Positions 25,973 through 32,000 of a stretch of 32,000 bases of DNA are shown here, one piece after another; the first letter of the stretch is position 1; every line of letters begins with the position of its first letter. The notes under the pieces are model-generated. The model was not told the origin of the DNA, made no database searches, and worked only from the letters and a program-made list of their open reading frames with translations. The position numbers and the translations under genes were made by a program. This stretch comes from Acaryochloris marina S15. Lineage in GTDB: Bacteria; Cyanobacteriota; Cyanobacteriia; Thermosynechococcales; Thermosynechococcaceae. Where the stretch lies: the NCBI RefSeq assembly GCF_018336915.1, contig NZ_CP064923.1:3660001-3692000 (forward strand), written 5' to 3'.

Positions 25973-26187
25973 TACTTTTCCTTACCCCCACTGGGGACTG
26001 CATCAGCAAGCGCAGGCCCATGGACTACGCTTAACGCTCTATTCTAGAGGTCTTCAAGATAGGGTTTCAAGCTAATATCAGCCAAAGTCAGAAGGGTTGG
26101 CCCCAAACTCTTTGACTCAATTCTGGCGTCGTTGTTTGTCATAATGAGGCTAATTCTGTTCATCTCTATAGCAAACCGTTTTTAAAA

Positions 26188-27108
26188 ATGACTGCTGCTT
26201 CCCCCCAAGCACCTCGACTCGCATCTCGTGTGGTCAACGGTCTCTTAGCCATCAAACCCCTAGCTAACTTTGCTAAATTTCAAGCCCGAAAGATGATGAT
26301 TGAGCGGGCAGAATCGATTGGGGTGCCCTGGCGGAAGAGAGCCTCTTCCCTGATGGATCGGGGCTTAGAGGTATGGGAAGCAGAGCGACAGGCGATTCAA
26401 ACCCCCGATTTGAACTATCCAGACTATTACGTGGTTTCCTTCCATGCTTACGAATCAGGGAACCTGAGTTGGGAAGCGGCCACCGAAGTAGAAGTAGCCT
26501 CCTACGCAGCCCATGCCCGAATCTGGCCTGAGTCGGGTGCCAAGGGGGATGGTCGCTTGCGTCAGAGCTATCATCAGGTGATGCAAGAGCAAATTTCCAC
26601 TGCCCCTAAAGATATTTTGGATATGGGGTGCAGTGTTGGCTTGAGTACCTTGGCTCTGCAAGAGACTTATCCTGAGGCTCGACTAACGGGGTTGGATCTG
26701 TCCCCGTATTTTTTGGCGATCGCAAATCACAATACCCCCGCCAACGACTCCCTGCAATGGATTCACCGAGCTGCGGAAGAGACTCACTTACCGGACAATA
26801 GTTTTGATTTGGTCTCCATTTGCCTGGTATGCCACGAGTTACCCCGCACAGCCATCCGCAATATCTTTGCCGAAGCCCACCGTCTACTGCGGCCCCAAGG
26901 ACATTTAGCCATCATGGACATGAACCCCAACTCGGATGTCCATCGTAAATTGCCCCCCTATGTGCTGACACTCCTCAAGAGTACCGAGCCTTACTTAGAT
27001 GACTACTTCACGTTTGATATTCAACAGGCTTTTGTAGAAGCAGGTTTCCAACAGCCCTCTTTTACCTGTAATAGCCCTCGTCACCGCACGCTTATTGCCC
27101 AAGTGTAA
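26188..27108 (+). CDS. class I SAM-dependent methyltransferase
   Basis: It has SAM-binding motif I (ILDMGCSVGLST), LTGLDLSPYFL, and post-I and post-II motifs (FDLVSICLVCHELP, RLLRPQGHLAIMD). The substrate is unknown. Confidence 0.8.
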   Translation: MTAASPQAPRLASRVVNGLLAIKPLANFAKFQARKMMIERAESIGVPWRKRASSLMDRGLEVWEAERQAIQTPDLNYPDYYVVSFHAYESGNLSWEAATEVEVASYAAHARIWPESGAKGDGRLRQSYHQVMQEQISTAPKDILDMGCSVGLSTLALQETYPEARLTGLDLSPYFLAIANHNTPANDSLQWIHRAAEETHLPDNSFDLVSICLVCHELPRTAIRNIFAEAHRLLRPQGHLAIMDMNPNSDVHRKLPPYVLTLLKSTEPYLDDYFTFDIQQAFVEAGFQQPSFTCNSPRHRTLIAQV

Positions 27109-27555
27109 TCACTCAACTCCACTGCATAAGACCCAATTAGGTACGATAGCTTCAGCATTTTACAGGTTAGAGCTGGCTTTGGTATGTAATACAACTCAGC
27201 AGAGCAGATTTGGTCTAAATAAGTTAATAATTACGATCTTCAATCCCTAAAATAGCTAGATTCTATTTTTGTATACTCGGGAAGTAATTTATTTTTATTC
27301 ATTGACTACAATCTGATCCCAGAGTTATGAGTATGCAACTTCTCTTCATTAATTCTATGTATTGAAAATGGCTAAATGACTATAAATAGTGGCATTTACA
27401 ACTTATTTGATTAATTTAACTGCATATTAGTCAATATTTTTCACCCTAAATATTAGTATCGCTATCTCTGAAATACACATAGCTAGAAAATTATTTGATT
27501 TTGAATTTTTATTGCAGTCTGAATAAAGTCATAATCCCGGCCTGAAAAGTATTTA

Positions 27556-30500
27556 TTGCAGCTCTGTGTCCATCTGAATTGTGAAACTGACTTGAGGTCC
27601 AACTTAGTTTTTCCGCAAGAGAATCAATCTGGGATATCCCTGCCCATTACTACAGTCCTGTCTCTAATGGGCGCAACGCTTTCCCTAAGCTTGCTGTATC
27701 CCTACCCTCTCAATGCCCAGGTCGTTCCCGACCAAACGCTACCGATTAATTCCCAAATCACCATCAATGGCAACAATATTGTGATTGATGGTGGAACGAC
27801 TGCGGGAAAAAATCTGTTTCATAGCTTTGAGTCATTTTCGATAAAGAATACAAACAAAGCTGTATTCAATTCAGCTCCTGCCATCGACACCATCATTGGT
27901 CGAATTACTGGAAAATCCATATCCAATATTGATGGCGTCATACAAGTAAATAGCAACGCCAATTTACTTTTCCTCAATCCCCATGGCATCATCTTTGGCC
28001 CCAATTCCAGCCTAGATATTGGCGGCTCTTTTCTTGCTAGCACTGCAGTAGGAGTCCGATTCCAAGACGGTAGTCTATTCAGTACAGCTAAACCACAGCC
28101 TCCACCCCTCTTAACTATTTCTCAACCGACGGGTCTCCAATTCAATGGAACGCAATCAGGAAAGATTGTGGTTCAGGGCAGACTAACCGTTCCATCCAGC
28201 CAAACTCTCGCCTTGGTGGGTCGTGATGTTCGGTTTGAAAACGGTACTGCGATCGCAAAATCTGGACGGATTGAAATTGGTAGTGTCAGCAAAGGAACGG
28301 TTACCCTTTCTCCCTCTACGATTGGATGGCATCTGGGTTACAACCAAGTTCAGACATTTAGTGATATTCAGTTGCTGGCAGAATCAGCAATATTAACCCC
28401 CAATACGGTCAGCAATCCTCTAGGTGGAATCCAAGTCCAAGGCCGCCAAATTCGTCTCAACCAATCCGAAATTCGAGCCCAAACCTTGAGCGATCAGCCA
28501 GGAGCGGATATCAATGTTTATGCAAGCCAATCCCTGGATATTGGCGGCGAAGTAGATAGCTTCTTTCCCCACAGTTCCTGGATTGCAACTGTTGTGGAAA
28601 GGGGTGCAAAGGGTAAAGGTGGGCACATTGGTATAGAAGCTCCCAACCTATCCATCCGTGATGGGGGACGGATTCAGACCCTCAGTATAGGGAATGGCAT
28701 CGCAGGAAATATTCAGGTCAATGCCAACCGTCTGTTCTTGAGTGGGGCAGCATCACCCACCGTCAATACAAGACGAGAGTTCGGCAATAATCTAAATACT
28801 CGTATTTCCAGCGAAAACTTCGGCCAGGGCGAAGGGGGCCGAATCGATATTAATACAGGCACATTAACCCTTCTTGATGGCGGCAGAATTACAACTGTTG
28901 TGGGCCCCTTTACCTTTGGTAAAGGGGGCGATATTACAGTCAATGCCTCTCAGTTCATCTTTGCAAAAGAGGTGAATCCGTTTTCGATCGATTCTGCGAG
29001 TAATATCTCTACTATTACTTTTGGCTTCGGTGATGCAGGGGGTGTCAACGTTTCAACTCAACGACTGCATCTAGTGAATGGTGCACAAATCAGTACGAGG
29101 GGCATCAAAATTTCTTTTGGTAATCAAGGGTTTACCCCAGGTGCTGGCAACGTCGGCAATGTAACCGTTAAAGCGGATCAAGCAATCACTATTACTGGGG
29201 CATCTCAGTTAGCCCCTGACTTTATTAGCTTTTTAGGAAGCATCACCAATGGAACGGGTAGAGGCGGCGATGTTGCCATCTTCACTCAAAACCTCACAGT
29301 TGAAGATGGAGGCAGCTTATCCTCTGCTGTATTTTCCTCTACCATTAACTCCGGTCCACCACCACCCAATATTGGAGAGGGAAACGGTGGCAATCTCACA
29401 ATTGATGCTGCTAAAGTCAACGTCATCGGTATCAATACCAGTCCATTTAATCCTTCGCCTAGTATCTTAGGTACGTTTACATTAGGGCCGGGTAATGCTG
29501 GCAATACCACCATCAACACTCAGCAGTTGATGGTCTTAGAAGGTGGGCAGGTCAATACTGGCACATTGGCCAGTGGTAACGCAGGTCGATTATTGATCAA
29601 TGCCTCAGCATCTGTGTTGGTGAGTGGTAGAGCCTCTAATGGTCTTCCAGCCCAAATTGCGTCGAATACCTTGGTTCTGAATGAGGCTACCCGCAACGTT
29701 TTCTTTCTTCCCCCTCAGCCCACAGGCAATACCGGAGAAGTCACGATCAAATCGAGGCACATTACCCTCTCTGATGGGGGGCGTATTGGTGTGCAGCATA
29801 TTGGTAGCGGTAATGCTGGAGAGTTGAGCATCCAAGCTGATGCCGTTTTATTAAATAATCAAGGCGCTATTATTGCGGAAACTGCATCAGGTGAGGGAGG
29901 TAACATAGACCTCACCGTTAAGGGCAGCTTGCAATTGCGAAACAAGAGCCTGATTTCGACAGAATCCAAAGGTCTTGGCAATGGTGGCAACCTTAATATC
30001 CGTACCCAGTTCCTGATTGCCTCTCCATTGGAGAATAGTGATATTATCGCCAATGCCTTTGATGGCAATGGCGGTAACATCACCATCAATACTGAAGGTA
30101 TTTTCGGCTTTGCCTCCCGAGAAACAGTCACTCCCTTTAGCGATATTACGGCCAGCTCCCAACAAGGGATTAGTGGTGTTGTTGACATCAATAGCCCTGA
30201 AGTTGATCCCAGTCAAAGCCTAATTGAGCTACCAGCTGTCGTCCAACCACCAGAGGACATCGCTCAAGGGTGCCGACCTGGACAAACCTTAGGAGGCAGT
30301 TCTTTTAGCCATGTTGGTCGAGGAGGACTACCCTCGGGTCCCAGTCGATACTTAACACCCCATACAGTATGGCAAGATCTCAGACCCCATCAGCAGATCC
30401 GTGTTAGTGCTGTTGGCAATCATCAAAATAAGCCGACAGCCGTTAAACCCCAACCTCAGCTCATTGAGGCCAAAGGATGGACTCAAGATTCTCAAGGCCG

Positions 30501-30561
30501 TATTCATTTAACTGCCGCCACGGCACAACCCCATCCCCCCAATGAAGCAAACTGTAGCTAG
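27556..30561 (+). CDS. filamentous haemagglutinin N-terminal (TPS) domain protein, TpsA-like beta-helical exoprotein
   Basis: The TPS domain is clear (AQVVPDQTLPINSQI...GKNLFHSFESFSI...GRITGKSISNIDG...NLLFLNPHGIIFGPNSSLDIGGSFLAST). It is followed by about 700 aa of Gly/Asn/Ile-rich beta-helix repeats. The C-terminus (GCRPG...SHVGRGGLP...IEAKGWTQDSQGRIHL) is typical of the cyanobacterial family. The start is uncertain, with candidates TTG 27556, TTG 27592 and ATG 27667. Confidence 0.88.
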   Translation: MQLCVHLNCETDLRSNLVFPQENQSGISLPITTVLSLMGATLSLSLLYPYPLNAQVVPDQTLPINSQITINGNNIVIDGGTTAGKNLFHSFESFSIKNTNKAVFNSAPAIDTIIGRITGKSISNIDGVIQVNSNANLLFLNPHGIIFGPNSSLDIGGSFLASTAVGVRFQDGSLFSTAKPQPPPLLTISQPTGLQFNGTQSGKIVVQGRLTVPSSQTLALVGRDVRFENGTAIAKSGRIEIGSVSKGTVTLSPSTIGWHLGYNQVQTFSDIQLLAESAILTPNTVSNPLGGIQVQGRQIRLNQSEIRAQTLSDQPGADINVYASQSLDIGGEVDSFFPHSSWIATVVERGAKGKGGHIGIEAPNLSIRDGGRIQTLSIGNGIAGNIQVNANRLFLSGAASPTVNTRREFGNNLNTRISSENFGQGEGGRIDINTGTLTLLDGGRITTVVGPFTFGKGGDITVNASQFIFAKEVNPFSIDSASNISTITFGFGDAGGVNVSTQRLHLVNGAQISTRGIKISFGNQGFTPGAGNVGNVTVKADQAITITGASQLAPDFISFLGSITNGTGRGGDVAIFTQNLTVEDGGSLSSAVFSSTINSGPPPPNIGEGNGGNLTIDAAKVNVIGINTSPFNPSPSILGTFTLGPGNAGNTTINTQQLMVLEGGQVNTGTLASGNAGRLLINASASVLVSGRASNGLPAQIASNTLVLNEATRNVFFLPPQPTGNTGEVTIKSRHITLSDGGRIGVQHIGSGNAGELSIQADAVLLNNQGAIIAETASGEGGNIDLTVKGSLQLRNKSLISTESKGLGNGGNLNIRTQFLIASPLENSDIIANAFDGNGGNITINTEGIFGFASRETVTPFSDITASSQQGISGVVDINSPEVDPSQSLIELPAVVQPPEDIAQGCRPGQTLGGSSFSHVGRGGLPSGPSRYLTPHTVWQDLRPHQQIRVSAVGNHQNKPTAVKPQPQLIEAKGWTQDSQGRIHLTAATAQPHPPNEANCS

Positions 30562-31493
30562 GTTAATTGAAAGTGGGACTCGCCCCCATGCTCAATCCAG
30601 CCATAAATCATGCCAGAGGTAGAATGGCCTGCACCGCATCGACCCTGAGCATCGACAACGATCACGCCCCCTAAGCCTTTGACCTTGGACACCAAATACT
30701 CCATCCCAGCCTGAGCGGATTGAGAAGCATCCAGGGATTGAAAGAAAATATAGTCTGAAATCGTTTTAGCCAGTACAGTCCGCATAAACTGCTCTCCATA
30801 CCCCGTTGCCGAAACTGCACAGGTATCATTGTCTGCAAATACACCCGCACCAATAATCGGCGAGTCTCCCACTCGCCCCCAGCGTTTATTAACAATCCCA
30901 CCTGTTGAAGTGGCTGCCGCCAGATTCCCCTCTAGGTCAAAGGCCGTAGCTCCGACTGTGCCAAACTTGCGTTGTGGTTCTTGTTCAATATCTTCATGAT
31001 CAAGCACCATCTTGCCCGCCTTTTTAGCCTCTTGGAACTGTTTGACTCGGGACTCGATCACAAAATAGTCATCGGGTAGGCATTCCACTCCCCATAATTC
31101 CGCAAATTCCATTGCCCCATGGCCCACCAACATCACATGTTCACTTTTATTGAGCACAAGGCGGGCTAGAGAAATGGGGTTTTTGATATTTTTGATGCCC
31201 GTAATCGCTCCTGCAGCCAGATCTTGGCCATTCATGATGGCCGCATCCATCTCCACTTCGCCATACTCATTGAGGACAGAGCCACGTCCAGCGTTATACA
31301 GCGGATCATCTTCTAGCAAGCTGACGCAATGCTCGACCACATCTAGGGCGGAAGCGCCCTGCTTCAGCTTTTGGCGTCCCTGTTCCAAGATGCCAGAGAT
31401 ACTTTGGGCAAATTCTTCTTCGTTTCCTTCTGCTTGAATATGTTGAAGGGCACCTGCGCCCCCATGAATCATTAAGGAGTATTGGGTAGACAT
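30558..31493 (-). CDS. isoaspartyl peptidase / L-asparaginase (Ntn hydrolase, plant-type asparaginase family)
   Basis: It has IHGGAGA, DAAIMNG, the autoprocessing site GTVGATAFD with the Thr nucleophile, and AAATSTGG. Confidence 0.9.
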   Translation of the reverse strand: MSTQYSLMIHGGAGALQHIQAEGNEEEFAQSISGILEQGRQKLKQGASALDVVEHCVSLLEDDPLYNAGRGSVLNEYGEVEMDAAIMNGQDLAAGAITGIKNIKNPISLARLVLNKSEHVMLVGHGAMEFAELWGVECLPDDYFVIESRVKQFQEAKKAGKMVLDHEDIEQEPQRKFGTVGATAFDLEGNLAAATSTGGIVNKRWGRVGDSPIIGAGVFADNDTCAVSATGYGEQFMRTVLAKTISDYIFFQSLDASQSAQAGMEYLVSKVKGLGGVIVVDAQGRCGAGHSTSGMIYGWIEHGGESHFQLT

Positions 31494-31655
31494 GATGGGG
31501 GAGAACGGGGGACTAAAAGGTAATCACTTGATTCCATAGACGAGAGCGCCATGAGGGGAGCAACCTCATGGGATCCATAGACAGAATCTGTTGCCAAGCT
31601 TGAACCCTATTCTCGCAACAAATGGTTAGTCTAGACCAGATTTATATAGGGGCAA

Positions 31656-32000
31656 TCAAAGACGTTGCTTCAACTGTTCTCTCAAATGATTTTGCTGTTC
31701 TGGTGTTCCCGCTAGCAAAATAACCAGTTTGCCAATCAAGATACTGCCCCAATTCACAATGACGATGCCTTGCTGGGACTGGGAGTCGTATTCAATATCG
31801 GTCAAATCTAGCTGATGTAATGAGCGGGCAGAGGTAACAAAGGTTTGGCTGGTCCAGCTAGAGATATTGAGTTTATGAGCGATTCCCGTCGGATAGGAGG
31901 CTCCATTGAACCGTGGATTGCATTCAATGGCCAAATAGCATGGCCCTTCTTCCCTTTCCGCTACCGCAACATCAAAGGCAAAAATATCTTTCATTCCCTG
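31656..32000 (-). CDS. ATP-grasp fold protein, C-terminal part (5' end outside window)
   Basis: The frame stays open to the window edge beyond the listed Met at 31994. The stretch FDVAVAEREEGPCYLAIECNPRFNGASYP resembles the last ATP-grasp motif (E-x-N-x-R). Function is not assignable. Confidence 0.55.
   Translation of the reverse strand, partial: QGMKDIFAFDVAVAEREEGPCYLAIECNPRFNGASYPTGIAHKLNISSWTSQTFVTSARSLHQLDLTDIEYDSQSQQGIVIVNWGSILIGKLVILLAGTPEQQNHLREQLKQRL

Noticed and set aside
27819-30223. About eight 68-110-aa ORFs, mostly antisense, inside the TpsA-like gene
   Set aside because: They are shadow frames of a long repetitive Gly/Asn/Ile-rich gene. None has a recognisable domain, and all are fully contained in the much better supported 1001-aa frame.

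Overview
The window looks like a cyanobacterial chromosomal segment. I located 15 exact copies of the HIP1 octamer GCGATCGC by eye, and there is a split-intein dnaE C-half, both typical of cyanobacteria. No species can be assigned without a search. Coding density is high and most genes are on the minus strand.

Recognisable housekeeping genes:
- a GST-like fragment
- an LCMT-family methyltransferase
- an overlapping trmJ-like/trmO pair
- yidD
- dnaE-C with its 36-aa IntC
- a saccharopine-dehydrogenase-family protein
- argJ
- a class I methyltransferase
- an isoaspartyl peptidase
- a Trp/Tyr-type permease

The most unusual locus is a tightly packed minus-strand cluster at 9005-16597. It encodes a YqiJ/NfeD-like membrane protein, then three flotillin (SPFH) paralogues, two of which are a recent tandem duplicate. 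The cluster ends with an 833-aa helical-repeat protein. That protein begins at the winged-helix/helical part of an NB-ARC/APAF-type STAND module but has no P-loop NTPase. A perfect 17-bp inverted repeat straddles one flotillin stop/start junction.

Accessory and decaying content:
- a 1.55-kb single-ORF IS66-family element with 15-bp terminal inverted repeats, whose transposase carries one in-frame TAA
- a low-GC radical SAM gene with a cysteine-free SPASM-like tail next to that element
- a 1001-aa TpsA-like beta-helix exoprotein with no TpsB partner in view
- two frame-preserved gene relics broken only by stop codons
- several AT-rich ORF-free tracts carrying orphan terminator-like hairpins

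I saw no rRNA, tRNA or CRISPR array. All family assignments come from motif recognition in the supplied translations, not from database searches.
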